Shown: positions 1 to 13,607, numbered from the stretch's first letter. The stretch is DNA of 64,000 nucleotides from Rhynchobatus australiae (GCA_034780895.1 JAUZTB010000135.1:81503613-81567612); one strand, 5' to 3'. Notes: a model not told the origin generated them from the letters alone. Numbers and translations are program-made.

Positions 1-254
1 TGGACATTAATGTGACAAAGGCAATAATACGGTAAGTGGAAGCAGATAAATGACCAGAGTCTATCCTTGGTAATCCAAAAATTGCAGTGATAGGATGAGG
101 TTGTAAATTAATATTCAATACAGTGAGATAATGTTAAAAATGTCTTAACCTGATGATTCCATTAAGATTGGAATCACCTGGACAACCCTGGTGTCACCCA
201 ATCATTTCTCCCCATCCTCTTTGCAACTTAAAAGTAACTTGTTTTCTTATTTTC

Positions 255-360
255 CCAGTTCTGCCAAAGGGTCTTCAACACAAAATGTTAACTCTTTCTC
301 TTTCCACAGATACTGCCTGATCTGCTGCGTGTTTCCACCATATTTATCATCTATTTTTAT
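255..360 (+). mobile_element. Short degenerate terminal fragment of the Penelope-like element, with a decayed hammerhead motif
   Basis: AGTT-CTGCCAA-AGGGTCTTCAACAC-AAAAT-GTT-AACT followed by ttccacagatactgcctgatctgctg, matching the terminal repeat at 27803-27900. Confidence 0.65.
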
Positions 361-1089
361 CCTATCATCTTTGACCTTATCTAACATTCCTTTTTGCACT
401 GCAATTGTAACTTTAACATGATTTAGAAGCAGTGTAAAAGTTATAAAGATTAATATATTGTCCTATTTTGCCCATGCCTACACTATGTGTAAAATGCACA
501 CAGTCATTTTGTGCATGATTTAGCACAGTTACATCTTTCCACTTGAAGATCCAATAATCAGGAAATTGCATCAAGCACTATTTGGCAAGTCAATCCCCAG
601 CATTATTCAAGCATGCAATGGTGTCATCAATATGCTTGATAGTCATTTATTTATTAATGATTTAAACTGGTGGAAAATATGTAACCCGTAATCTGCATTT
701 TTAACTCAGAGGTAAACAGGGAGCTAACACTACATTTGGTCAACAGCCAAAAGTGAATTCAAGTCTCCCTGCTTTGCTTTCTCATTGTGGCTGATCAGTT
801 CTGTACACGTGAATGCCTGTAACAGAACAGCTTTTCTGTGCAGAACCAATGTGTCTAATTTCTGTCCTCATTACAAAAACATGGCTTGGGGCTTGAGGGG
901 GTTGTGGGGACACCTTCTTGAACACTTTTTTGTTTGTTGAGCCACTTCAGAAAACAGTTAAGAATTAATTGGAGTCATATATAGGCCAGAGCTAATACAT
1001 GTAACAGTTATGAGATCCCCACCAACACAGAAGCCATTTACCAGCAAATTTGACATCAAGTGTGATATCAAATATCAAAAAAAAAGTGA

Positions 1090-2398
1090 TATCCCCATGT
1101 GATACAAGAAATGGATGTGAGCACTGGATGCAGCAAAGACAATGGGACCATACACCTTCCAGCTGTAGTACTGAAGACCTACATGCCAGAACTCTACCCA
1201 GCAATATGGAACATTGATCAGGTATGTCCTGTTTTCAAAATGCAAGAGAAATCCTGTTTGGCTAATTACTGCCCTATTAGTCAACTCTCAATCATCAGCA
1301 ATGGGTTGGAAGCTATTGTTAATAGTGTTATCAAACAACAACTAGTCACCAATAACCTCTTCATTGATGCCCAGTTTGCATTTCATCAGAACAACCTTAC
1401 TCCAGACCTCATTACAGCCTTAGTTCAAACATGGACCAAAGAGCTGAATTTCACAGGTGAACTGAGAGTGACAGGCCTTGATGTTAAGGCAGCATTTGAT
1501 TCTGGTAAAATTGAAGTCAATAGGCATCAAAGGGAAAATGTTTCAATAACTGGAGTCACACCATACAAGAGAAGATGGTGTGAATGTTGGATGTTAATCA
1601 TCCCAGTTCCAGGTTATTAATACAGGAGTTTCTCAGGCCAGTGTCCTAGGCCCAACTATCTTTCTTGCTTCATCGATGACCTTCTTTCGATTATAAGGTC
1701 AGAAGTGGGGATGTTCATTCAAAGACATTATGATCCTTGAGTCCCCCATCATCAATATCCTGGAGGTCACCATTGCCCAGAGACTCAACTGGACCAGCCA
1801 TTTGGTCACAACAACAGGTCAGTGTCTGGGTATTGTGTGATGAGTAACTCACCTCTGACACCCTAAGGCCTTCCCACAATCTACAAGGCACGAGTCAGAG
1901 TCCAATAGAATTCTCTGAATTTGCTTGAATGTGGGTGGTGCCAATAACTCTCAAGCAGCTTGACATCAATCAGGAAAAAGCAGCCTGTTTGACTTGCACT
2001 CCATCAACCACCCAAAGCTTTATTCCATTCAACACTGGCTGGAGAGAATGCCATTAGCAAAATGCACTGCAGTTACCCACCCAGGCTACTTTGACACCAC
2101 CTCCCAAACCTACAACCTCTACCATGAACCATTCCCATTTGCCTGCATGGTTGGCAGGCAAATGGGAATACCATCATCTTCAAGTTCCCATCAAGTGACA
2201 CAGCATTCGAACATAGAGATATTTTACAGGTCCTTCATCATTGTTGGATCTAAAACCTGGAACCCCCTTCCCAACAGCACCTGTGGGAGCACCTTCACCA
2301 GAAGGACTGCCCTGGTTCCAGAAGGCAACTTGCCAACATCTTCACAATCAGGGATGGACAATAAATGCTGGTGCAGATACAAAAAAATAATGAATAAA
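1090..2398 (+). mobile_element. CR1-clade LINE, 5'-truncated and decayed (RT region and 3' tail)
   Basis: ORF 1099-1620 has NYCPISQLSIISNGLEAIV, AQFAF and LDVKAAFD (RT motifs). At ~1625-1660, ggagtttctcaggccagtgtcctaggcccaactatc reads GVSQASVLGPTI (GVPQGSVLGP motif). The 3' tail ends ~2398. Confidence 0.85.
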
Positions 2399-2409
2399 AC
2401 AGTGGCGAG

Positions 2410-2772
2410 GTAATGATTAATTTATTGTACAAGTAATCCAGAGACCTGGACAGGACAATCCAAAGATGAGTTCATATCCCACAATGACTGGTGTGAAATT
2501 TAAATTCAATTTATACACTGGCATTAAAGAAAATCCCTTGTGTTAAATAATGAAGACTACAAGTGCTGGATTGTCACAAAAACCCATTTGGTTTACTAAT
2601 GTATTCCAGGGGAGGAATTTTGCCATCCCTACCTGGTCTAGCATATACATAACTCCAGACCCACTGATGTAGTTGACTTCAACCACTCACTTCAAAGGTA
2701 ATTAGGAATAAGCAATATATGTTGGCTTTTCCAATGATGACTCAATCCTGAAAATGAATAAATAAAAAAAAT
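2410..2772 (+). mobile_element. Chondrichthyan tRNA-derived SINE with a CR1-like 3' tail
   Basis: Head-like gtaatccagag...gagttcatatcccac, body aaaaacccatttggtttactaatgt...ctccagacccac, and a tail resembling the adjacent LINE tail, ending in an A-rich tract. Confidence 0.7.
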
Positions 2773-3879
2773 AACACCAGTGTTTGACAGAATAACATTT
2801 TAGGTGGGTCTGGAAACGCTAATCAGATATTAGACAGGTAAACTGGTTGCAATGGAAATGTGACCTGGTTATGGAAGCAACTGGCAATCTGTTTCAGAGG
2901 TAATATGTCAAAATCTGAATCCCACCTACTTCACCTTTTCTGCATTATCTCACTGCTCCATCTTTCTCTGGAATATTCCATCTTCCAAACTGTTCTCTGC
3001 ATTTTTTTTTGCTGCTTCCATTCTCTAGATTGCTCAATCACCTACACCTTCCTTTGCATTACTCCATCTTCCTTCTCCAGGCTGTTCCCTCTGCAGAACC
3101 TTTTTAAGGAGTTTCTCTGTATTCAGAAAACCCTCTGCTTTGCCAGACTGATTGCATTCCTTTGTTTTGTCTCATAGAGTTTCTCCGAACTGTACCTCTC
3201 TTCTGATTTGAACTTTCTGAGTTGTCAATTTAGTTAAATTAACATTTAACTTTGGTTTGCCTCCTTATCGACTTATCTTTCTGAATTAGTTTCGAGACCA
3301 GTCATCTACCCATGCAATGGTTCATTATTTTTTGTCCTGTTTGCCAAATCATTTCTTTTAAATCGCCCCTTCCCACCTTTCTGGATTGGCCCCCCTTGCG
3401 AGAGTCCCACATCCTGCTCCCCTTTCTGCATTGCCCCTTTCTCATCGCTGGTTCTGGCCATTTCCTCTTTCTGGTCGCACCCCTTCGCGTTAGCTCTGAT
3501 CCTGGAATACCCGGGTTCCTGTCTTTTTATTTTCTCTCGGATTGCCGTTCTGGTCATCTTCGTCCTTTCTTATTCAGTTCCCCACGGGACTCCTGAACTT
3601 CTTCTGCATCTCCCTCTCCGGATGTCCCTCACCCGCCCCCTTTTCCCTCAGGGTCAATGGCCCTTTTGGGGAGTGTGCCCACGGTGTACCCTTTGTTCGG
3701 AACAGCCGCCCTCTGAGTGAGTTTGCCCGCTTGCCCTCCCTCCAGACTGCACGTCCTTTTCCTGGGCTGTCCCTTTTGGTAGATTGCTACTTCTTTCCAG
3801 AGTTTCCTTTTCCTCGAATTGTCCCTCCACCCCTCCCGGAAGGTTCCCTTTCCATTTCGTGCATTGCAGAGGCCACTTC

Positions 3880-4450
3880 TTGCTCTGCCCGGGCTGGATT
3901 GTCCCTTTTTATTGGATTGCCCCCCGCCGACCCACCCCGCGTCTGGACCGCCGCCCTGCGCGCTGCCCGAGGACGGCGCGGTGCCGGGCCGGCCCGACAC
4001 GTCACTCCGCTCGGGATAAAGGCGCCGCAGCGAGTCCGCCACCAGCCGCAGGGCAGGGAGAGCAGCAGCAGCACCAACAACATCCCGGTCCGAGGACCAT
4101 TCAGCAGCCCGAGAGGTGGCTCACTCTTCTCCGCATCAACCCGAGCCGTGAGGGCGGCCAAGGTAAGTCCCCGCGCTAACCCTCCCTTTGTGCCGGGCTG
4201 CCCGCCCGTCCCCGGGAACCGATGCCCTTGGCCGCGGACCTAGGGTGCCCCTGGCCGGGACTTGTGCCGCCCCTGGCCGGGACCTGAGCCACCGCTGGCC
4301 GGGCGGTGGATCTGCCGACTCCCGCCAGGAGTTCGCCCGGGTGCACGTGAACTTAATTTGCCCGCTTTTCTGCTCTAACATAAACAATATTCAATGTCCG
4401 CAGCCTGACTGGACACCTGCATTTACTAGCGTCCCAGGCCGTCTCCATGA
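3880..4450 (+). promoter_or_regulatory. CpG-island promoter of CRISPLD1
   Basis: Only strongly CpG-rich segment in the window. Contains reverse CCAAT (attgg 3911-3915), GC box ccccgcc 3922-3928, CRE/ATF-like cacgtca 3998-4004 and TATA-like gataaa 4015-4020. Confidence 0.75.
4045..4162 (+). other. CRISPLD1: CRISPLD1 non-coding exon 1 (start approximate)
   Basis: Consensus donor aag|gtaagt at 4162/4163, downstream of gataaa. Next acceptor ttcttcattgcag ends at 4553. Confidence 0.7.
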
Positions 4451-4618
4451 CAACGCGAGTGGCACTTTCCTCCCTGCTCTGGCGTGCTAGCTTGAGTTAA
4501 ATTGATGCACCGGGCTCTCTAACCTGCAAATAGCGCGCTCTTCTTCATTGCAGCCTCACGATTGGACGGGTGCTGACTCCCGTGGAGATAATCCCAGTGC
4601 GTTCCGCGGCCATCCATC

Positions 4619-4957
4619 ATGAAGGGTGCGGAATGGGAATGGACAAGGCTGACTGCTCTGCTCTTTGTTGCACAAACCGCGGCTGCGATGATGCGCCCCA
4701 ATATTACTTCAGAATTGGATGCGATGCTGGCAACGTTTCTGCAAGATCGCGAAGAACGCTTGGCAGCTGAAACAAACCTTAAAACTGCTGGTAGCTTAGA
4801 TTCAATCATGTCAAATTATACGTATCCAAATGAACCCCCAAGGACTTCCAGAAGAACGAGAAGATCTATCACAGATAGTGATAGACAAATAATCTTGGAT
4901 CTGCACAATAAACTGAGAAGTCAAGTGTCACCGAGTGCATCTAATATGGAATATATG
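4619..4957 (+). CDS. CRISPLD1: CRISPLD1 exon 2 coding part (exon begins 4554): signal peptide, propeptide with furin site RTRR, start of CAP domain
   Basis: [24 protein letters not shown]...[33 protein letters not shown]; donor atg|gtaagt, phase 0. N-terminus and [11 protein letters not shown] resemble CRISPLD1 rather than CRISPLD2. Confidence 0.95.
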
Positions 4958-7289
4958 GTAAGTGCACACGTCTGTTTTAGAATTGTTTAACTCTTACAAA
5001 ACAATCAACATTTAAGCAATGTTGTCTTTTATGGCCAGAAGTGAGGGACACTAATTTGTTCTGGTTCAACTTTCATTATGAGATATCAGATTATGATGTG
5101 CACAAGCAAAGCATCATCCTTTGGTAAGACTGGCAACACTAATGTGGAAATGAGCAATTAGAACCTTGTGTCATCATGCTACAAAAAGGTACAACGTTAA
5201 GAAATGAGTTGTTACAGTCATTTTTAGAAGGATCTTGTGATCTTTTGCACTTTAACCTTTGCTTGCACATTGTAAAATAACATTTGCTTTGTAGAAGAGG
5301 CGAGTTACACCTCCTACCCTGTATGGTTAGAGCTGCACTGGATTTCTGAGGGAAAGATAGGTTTCCTATTATAATTTTTATAAATTTAGAGTTACAGTTA
5401 GGTAATGGTTGCCATATTATAATAAGCCACATGGAATTTTGTATATTCTCTCAGAGTATGAATCTATTCAGAAGAAGAAAATCATGCTCACAGGGTGTTC
5501 CTGTTTCTGTTGGAAAAAAATGTGCACTGCAGTAATTTCAGAAATACTTACAGAAAAAGCCAGTCATTGCATTTCTGCTACTTTTGCTCTGTCCTAAATA
5601 TACTTTGTTCCTTAGAATAATTTATGACCTCCTTAATTTAAACCTCAACCCACTTCATCAATGGTTTTAGAATATAGCATCCAAAAATCTTTGCAGGAGG
5701 GATGGTGGGTGCAGGGTAATAATTATTCTTTATTATACAATTTACTTTCAATAGGAGCACAGAGTTNNNNNNNNNNNNNNNNNNNNNNNNNNNNNNNNNN
5801 NNNNNNNNNNNNNNNNNNNNNNNNNNNNNNNNNNNNNNNNNNNNNNNNNNNNNNNNNNNNNNNNNNNNNNNNNNNNNNNNNNNNNNNNNNNNNNNNNNNN
5901 NNNNNNNNNNNNNNNNNNNNNNNNNNNNNNNNNNNNNNNNNNNNNNNNNNNNNNNNNNNNNNNNNNNNNNNNNNNNNNNNNNNNNNNNNNNNNNNNNNNN
6001 NNNNNNNNNNNNNNNNNNNNNNNNNNNNNNNNNNNNNNNNNNNNNNNNNNNNNNNNNNNNNNNNNNNNNNNNNNNNNNNNNNNNNNNNNNNNNNNNNNNN
6101 NNNNNNNNNNNNNNNNNNNNNNNNNNNNNNNNNNNNNNNNNNNNNNNNNNNNNNNNNNNNNNNNNNNNNNNNNNNNNNNNNNNNNNNNNNNNNNNNNNNN
6201 GCGCAGGGCTAAATGACTGAGAGATGGTCTTAATTTACAGTCATTCTCTACTATGCTCTCATATTAACTTTCTTATGTTTGCACAGGTGACCAGAAGAAT
6301 TTAAATTGACATAACCATATATTTTGTTAACTGTCTTGTTTGTAATATCATATACATTGCCAAATAGAATTTTTTCTTCAGTTTATTTCTGAAAGGCCCC
6401 TCTGCCAAGCAGGACCTTGCCACTAAGAATCAACTGTGATGAGGATGTTCAGAGTGATGGGTTTACAAAAAATATTTTTTTTATCTGTTATTTAGTCTAT
6501 GGCCAGATGCCCGCAATCACCCCTTGTAGCAATTTCTGGTCCCATTGTGTGTACCTGAGGCTCCTTTTTTTCCTTTACTTTTAAAATGGATGGTAAATGA
6601 TTAAAGGTACAACATACTGATTATCAAACGAGGGCAAAAAGTTGTGTAAGATCTACTGTACGGAGTAGAGTGTGATCAATATTGAAGTGTACTTGATGTT
6701 CTGTTACATTAATAAGAGGTAAGTTTTTTGTGCTCATCAGTGCAAAAAAAAATCTATTGTGAGGACCCCACGTGAAAGATGTTTTAATTATTTTGGACTT
6801 TGTTATTTCCAAAAGTATTGTGGTTGCTCTATGAATTGCTGATTTTTGTGGTCAGAAATCAATTTGGAATAGTTTATGAATAACATGCAATTGAATTTCT
6901 AATATAATTTTCCAGTCAATTACATTTAAGTGGGCAATCAAATGCGTTTTCCACCCTGCTTCTAAGCAGTTGATGCTAGGAATATATGGTCAGAAGCTTT
7001 ACTCCTTTTGAAGTTAGTCTTGAGACTTCTTCTTAATAACCAGTCATTTCTTGGAGATGTGCCATTGGAATTGCACAATTGCAGCGTTGGGTTTGTGGTA
7101 CACTGTATCAGCCTTGTGATGTGACTTATTTACACCTCACCATAATTTAGAGATATTGAGAGTATTTATGATGCAATGTTAAAATGAAGCTGTGCAAAAC
7201 ACAACAGAATTTCTTTATCATTTGAAGACATCTTTATCATTAATCCTACATTTAAATTAAATAATTTAAACACACCAAAGCACACATTA

Positions 7290-7790
7290 AATCATTTAAC
7301 ATACCAAAAGCAAAGGGAGTACGGAGTCCTGCGGAAACTGTCCAGTGATGGCCTTCCAGTCACAGAAACAGAGTTGATCATTATCATCCTTTTTTTTTCT
7401 GTCATGAGTCAGTCTTGGAAGTAATTTGCCAATTCCCTTTGATCCCATTGTTGTTACCTTTTCAAAAAGCCTGCTATTCCTGTGGAACCTTGTCACAAAC
7501 TTTGCTTAAGTCCATATAAAGTAGATCAAATGCACTGCTCTTATCAAGCTTACTTTTTACCTTCTCAAAGTAAATTCAATCAAATAAGTCAGACCATTCC
7601 TTAAATTGATGCTGACTCTGTTTGATTATAGTGCATTCTAAATGAAGGTTCATACTATCCCTCAAATTTGAATCCAATAATTTGCCCATTTTTGAAGTTA
7701 AATTAACTGGCTTGTAATTATTCAGTTATTTTGTTACTTCCCCCTTTAAAACAATGATACATTAGCAGTTCATCGATTTTGGCACTATCC
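7290..7790 (-). mobile_element. CR1-clade LINE RT remnant
   Basis: Minus strand reads CFCDWKAITGQFPQDSVLP (decayed W.PVTSGVPQGSVLGP), and NYKPVNL near 7700-7720. Confidence 0.7.
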
Positions 7791-9929
7791 TATAGCACAG
7801 AGAAACTTGATTCTGGTAGCCACCCACTGAACTCTGTGGATAGCATGGAAGAGCAGGCAAACAGTAGTGGGAAGGTTGCCACATTAGTGCAGTAGAACAG
7901 AAGAAGCACATCTATCAAGAAAAGAATGTCCTTGATGATCTCAGGAGTCCTGTTAGAAGAAACCAGATGTCCGAGAAAGAATGCCCTGGCACATGCGCTA
8001 CTCCATTTCAGAGGAAGATCCTTCAGCAGCTTTGGGCTCAGAAGCTGAATGCTGCCGACAAAGGTGTGTTAATGGGGCAGTGTGAGCAGACCACCAGTTG
8101 TCCTTCTTTGATGATCTGCCGTTGTAAAATTCAGTATGGTATGAGACCTAAGACCTGTGAGCTCTGGAACAGTCCTGTATGGGGAAAGATTTTTCCTTCA
8201 TTTCCTTCATCATTGTGAGTATGTGAAAGAAATCCTGTTAATCCAGGGATCGGGGTGTTGAGTCAGAAGTGCTGTGAAGGCCTGGTTCAGCATGGTTGGC
8301 CTATTATGCTGGTGGACACAAACCTTGTAAGTGGAATCCAGTTGTGCATCAGATGCATGCATAATGCAGAGAGAAAATGCCATGCCATGCACCTTGCAGT
8401 AAACCTTGAACATTTTTCTTTTTGCTATTGAATGTTTTCATTAAATATGAAACGCATCATGCTCAAAAATATGACATGGAGTGATCCCTTTCCTGGGCAT
8501 CATTAATAGAATGTTTATCACATTCACCAATGACCAATTTCACCCTAAGATGACAAAATGGTTTGCAGCATGCATTAGTTGCGAAAATTGTATTATGTGT
8601 AAAGGTGTAGGGCTTTAAAATGGATTTCTCTTTAGTTTGTAATTCTTTCTACTGATGAAAGGAAATATTTTGTTATCTGGAAGACTTTGTAGCCACACCA
8701 TTGCCAGGAATGAAAAGAACAAAGATGTCTGTTATATCAGACTTCTACAGAAACCAATATGGTTGACCCAAATCTCAGTTTTATTTAAAGATCTTCTTCC
8801 ACCATTTAAGGAACCCGCTGTCTTAATTAAGCAATCTGTCATTTTTCTTGAAAATAAAGCCTGAAATTTTTAAAATTTAATTTTCCTGGAGATCCAAAAT
8901 TGATCACTAAGGTTTAACTATTTCTAGAACTATGGTAATAATTGGTATTTTAATCTATTATTCAATAGTTATGCATTAGGTATTTTTCTACCATAATATT
9001 AATTTAATCCTATCTGCAAAATTATCAGTTCCATGCATTATAGTTTAGTTACATATAATGTTGATTGATGCTCTAAAAATGTATATTTTTCAAGAAATGG
9101 ACTGCTTAAAAAGGTGAACAATACAAAATATAGAACAATGCAAGCAATTTTATTTTGTTGATTTTAATTTCTTTGGTAACAAACTAAAGGCAAATTTGAT
9201 CATATTAACTAACAGAAAGCAGCTTTCTCCAATTTGAATTTTATACCCTCATAAGCACAGCAAGTTGACATTGCTGAAGCTAAAATTGTACGACATTGTA
9301 ACATTTGCTCTAAGCTGATGAAACAGTGAACCATTTACACTTTGTTGGCCTGCCTTCATTGAGTTGAAGGCCAATTTACACAGTAAAAGCAAAATTAATT
9401 TGAATCAAGTAGATTTGATGTGAATGCAGGCTCTTGTTGGTGTTTACGTTACTGCTGCCTAATCCAAATCTTCAGGATGTCTCATATAAAGTGACACATG
9501 CTTTAATTCTTAGGACAGAAAGTTACTGGTGATTTAATGAATCAAGTTCTGGTTTGAATAAAATTTATTTGTAACCATTCTGTCATGAAAGTGAGAACAT
9601 TTCTTGAAAGTGGGATTCATATAAATAACTGCCAAGGATTGGACTGGGAAGCATGCTGGGAACAAAGTGGGGAAATTTGACCCGGTATAGGATGCACACA
9701 AAACTTGTGCTCCCGTCTCATTATCGTGATTTTAGCATTCAGGCAGTGCTAACTGTGCTGTGTACTGTGAATATTTACAAGGTCTAATTCTGTGATTGAT
9801 TTGCACCAGTTGAAGTTGACTGAAGCTATTTAGGGAGGTGCTTATTGTGTGTAGCTGGTAATGGAAGTCATTCTGCAGGTTTTGCGATATTGGAGAAGGT
9901 AGGCACCCTGACTAAGAGATGGGCTTCTG

Positions 9930-10110
9930 ACTGCTTTGGTGGATGAGGGGAAAGAACTCTTCCTGCAGGGCCCAGTGTGCCTTGCAGATCCACAGTCAAG
10001 TGTCAGTGGGAGGAGGTTGCACTTGAGATCAATTCCAGGAATGAAGTCCCAGAGAAGCGGATGCAGTGCACAAGAAGCATAATGACTTTGTGTGCATGAT
10101 CAAAATTCTG
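9930..10110 (+). mobile_element. Remnant of a PIF/Harbinger Myb/SANT-like DNA-binding ORF
   Basis: From 10004 it reads QWEEVALEINSRNEVPEKRMQC, then (1-nt frameshift) KKHNDF, like the W..VA..VN....R...QC.KK.NDL signature. Confidence 0.55.
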
Positions 10111-13100
10111 TTAATGGCATCATCAAATCCCTCTCTCAAAAACTGTGTCATTTACCTCACTCAGTGCTTCATAATTCATAGCCTATTCACTTGCATAACA
10201 CTAGTCTCTATCAGTTAGAGCTCCTATGTAATATTCCTTCACACACTCTATTCTTCCACACCCACCTCTCAGCTATCATATCCCTCAGTCACTGCAAAAG
10301 GCTTACCAACATATTTCACTATCGCTTGAAGTAGAAGATGGTAAACAAACACTGCCAGTGACCATAGACAGGCTTTGGCAGGCACTTATCCATCAGTTGC
10401 GCCGGCCTGGGTAATAACCATCATAGGGGCCTCTAGTCAATGCTCAGAAGTGGCACAAATACCCATGAGTATGATGGAATGGGCCTATGGGCCTTCATTC
10501 TACACCCTTGCCCAAAATCCTCTGATTCCTTTAGATTAAAGCTGCTGATTTTATAAGGCTGTACCTGTTACTTATCCCCTCCACTTACTGCCACCATACC
10601 CTTCTGCCTTTCCTTTTTCAGAGAGTTTCTCAGTCCATGTATCTTACTGCATACAGTATTATGTGTCAATTAAACCATTTGCAAGATTAGGAAATTGTAT
10701 GTTCTTTTGTATGAGGCATCAAAATACATTTTGCTAATACATAAATAGAAAATGTGTTTCATGACTGGAGTTACAGTATGGAGCTGGAGGTAATGCTAAA
10801 GTATTCCTTCTGGTCGAGGATAGCAATTGAAATAATTTGTTATTTAACTATCAAAGATACGCCATGGGCCTGATTGTGCTTGCCTTTGGCTGGGATCCAA
10901 CTGGACTTCCCACTGAGTCCAGGGCAGTTTTGGATCATCCTGATCTGAGGGTTTGGATACGCTTCATGTCTGCCATGGCTGGTGTATCTAACATGGTCCC
11001 ATTCATTTGAATGTGGTTGCTGACCTTCATCATTAAGAAGGCAAGTGAAACATTTCCATTCCCTTGATTTCACTTTATATTTATGTGATATAAATTAGAG
11101 TAGTTTAATGTCATTTTAAAATATTTTAACTTAGTACATTCAACTATTTTTAAATGTCTGATCATTTGAGGGAGTTAGGAATAGTTGAAAAAGAACTTGA
11201 AGCCCTGGTTGTCAAAAGACCATCAGGGTGGTCTGAAGGCACATTCCACCATCTGAGGCCTATTTGCTGCTTGTGGACCACTTTACTTTGTAGAAGACCA
11301 TGCATGATAAGAAGCTTGACGGTTGTGAGATGCATATATGTAAAAGCTAATTGTGGCTACTGTAATAACGTGATCATATTTGAAGCACAGTATGATTTGG
11401 CCCACTGAATACTAGAAACAGCAAATAAGAGCAAATACTATAAATTCATAGCTAATTCTATGTAAAACAATCATTTAAATGAATTTAACATAATTAATAT
11501 ACATGCAAATATTCCATTAATATCTACAATACACATGATCATTAATATCTAGTTGAAACTTTGTTTCAAAAAAAGTTTGCTCATGTGTGCACATGCTAGT
11601 CTAAGTCTATGAAAGCTTTTTTACCATAAGAACACACAGATAATGTTTCCAGGAGCTGAAAGTGTGGTACAAACAGTAGATTGACCGCACTGGTGGCTTG
11701 GTCTGGGAAAAGTAAGTAGAGCCGAGTGCCTCCATGGATTGAAAATAAACAGCTAAATCCCTTGAGGCAGGAGACTGTTGAATGATCGAAATGCAAATGA
11801 TGTGTGAGCATGAATGAACAGACTTGGGTAGAGAACAGGTTTGAATAACAAAAGGTGGTTTCTTCATTCTGTAATTTGGACTATAGCAGTTTTGTTGAGT
11901 CTGGTAACAGATACCAGTTTGTCTACCTTCAATTTTATAAGGGCGTTACTATAATTATGATGTGACTGCATAGCCTTTGGTTTTAACAATACTGCATTTT
12001 GTTTATCTTTTATGAACAATTTGTAAAAGTCATGGATATTACCAAAATTGTTCTAATTGTTGTCCCCCTTAACTCAACCATATAGAAAGGGAAGTAATGT
12101 AGTTGGGGCTTTGTTGTTGTCACAGCTGCTAAAATAGATGGCCAGCATTAGGTGCATAGATATAAAGCATTGTAACATTTACTGTACAGATAAAAGGGGC
12201 ATGGAGAAAGGAAGAAAAAGTCATGTTCATTTTTACTTAATTCCTCATGAGAGCATCAGAGTTTTCAGAAGTTGGAAGCAGCCATTAAAGAAATCTGTTT
12301 ACACTGGGTAGATTTAATTCAAAGTAAAAAATCTGTTCACTTTGTCCAGAATTGCTCACTAGAGGTAGAAGCCTGGAACAAAGGGAAATATGGGAATTTA
12401 TAGTGTAGGACTGAAAATCCAAGGTTAGAAGATTGGGATTGCAAAAATATATATTTCAACTCCATAACTCCTGTTGTTTTGGAGTAAGATATGCTGAATT
12501 AATCAAATAAGGTGATTGGTGTGCACCATTTGTGGCTTATATAATGCTGAAAACCCTTTGATAAAGTTGTTGTTCTGTGCTACACCAAGCATTTGCTAGA
12601 AGTATGCAAGGTAGGCCCATGATGTTTTCTCTCTAGGCTGTATGTAAGAAATTTATCTCACTGCACTGTCAATAAATACAGTTGGAATTCATCATTCACC
12701 TTTTGTTCCAAATCTGTATTGCCTTTGTAATTGACCATCATCCTGACCACTTAGCTACATTGTTGACATGAAATCCAACACGAGATCCATGTTCCGAACC
12801 AAATTTGTAAATTGGAGCATGCCAAAATACCGACAAACATCAACTCATCGCCTTTTTTGCATTCCTTTAGTACCTATGTTCTGTGTGCTTTTGCAGCCCT
12901 TGCCCTTTTATACACTGCTCCCTCAGATACTAAAGCAAAGTTGATGGAAATGTGCTGAGTTTCAGTGCAGCAGATTGCAGATGGACTTTGATGAAGACCT
13001 TAAGCTCTGGACCTCAAAGATCGAGCTTTGTACTTCACCAACGTGGCAAGGTGGCAGTATTCTGGGCTGACTAGCTGAAAGGCAAATGCAAGGGCACTGC

Positions 13101-13607
13101 CTGAGTGCTGGTAATGGAATCATAATTACTGCCAAACTGAGGAAGGACTGCAAATTTGTGCTTTATGTGGCACGTGCCACTCCCCAATGTGATGTCTCAG
13201 TAATCTTTATGATCAGTGGGGGATTCTGGACTGCAGGCTGGCAGCCACAGACATGACAGTAGCAATCTGAGCTGGGAGCTGGAGGAGTCAAGACCCGCAG
13301 GGCATCTTCATCCCCATTCTCTTCTCGCTCTTCAGCATTGCCTAGCTGGTTTGTTGATCTTGGCTAACTGAAAGAGAAAAGGCACAAGGAACTTTTAAAT
13401 TAGAAAAGACTGTACGATAACTGAGAGCTTCGTAGTGAGAAGGAGAATTAATTCTCAGGATATTACTACATTAGAGGTCCTCCAGGTTACGGTAAGGCTC
13501 CATTCCTGTGAACTATTTGTAACTTGGAAATGCAGCCGAGAACTGAGTTCCCACATGGCAGAAGATGCCTGCAGCTGCTGGCCTAACCATACCTCCAGTC
13601 TCCCAAA

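Noticed and set aside
3542-4490. Several overlapping ORFs of 100-233 aa
   Set aside because: Stop-poor GC-rich CpG island; no recognisable domain.
5661-6212. Long ORFs here and at 21651-22447, 50348-51055 and 63040-63519
   Set aside because: They are long only because they run through N gaps.
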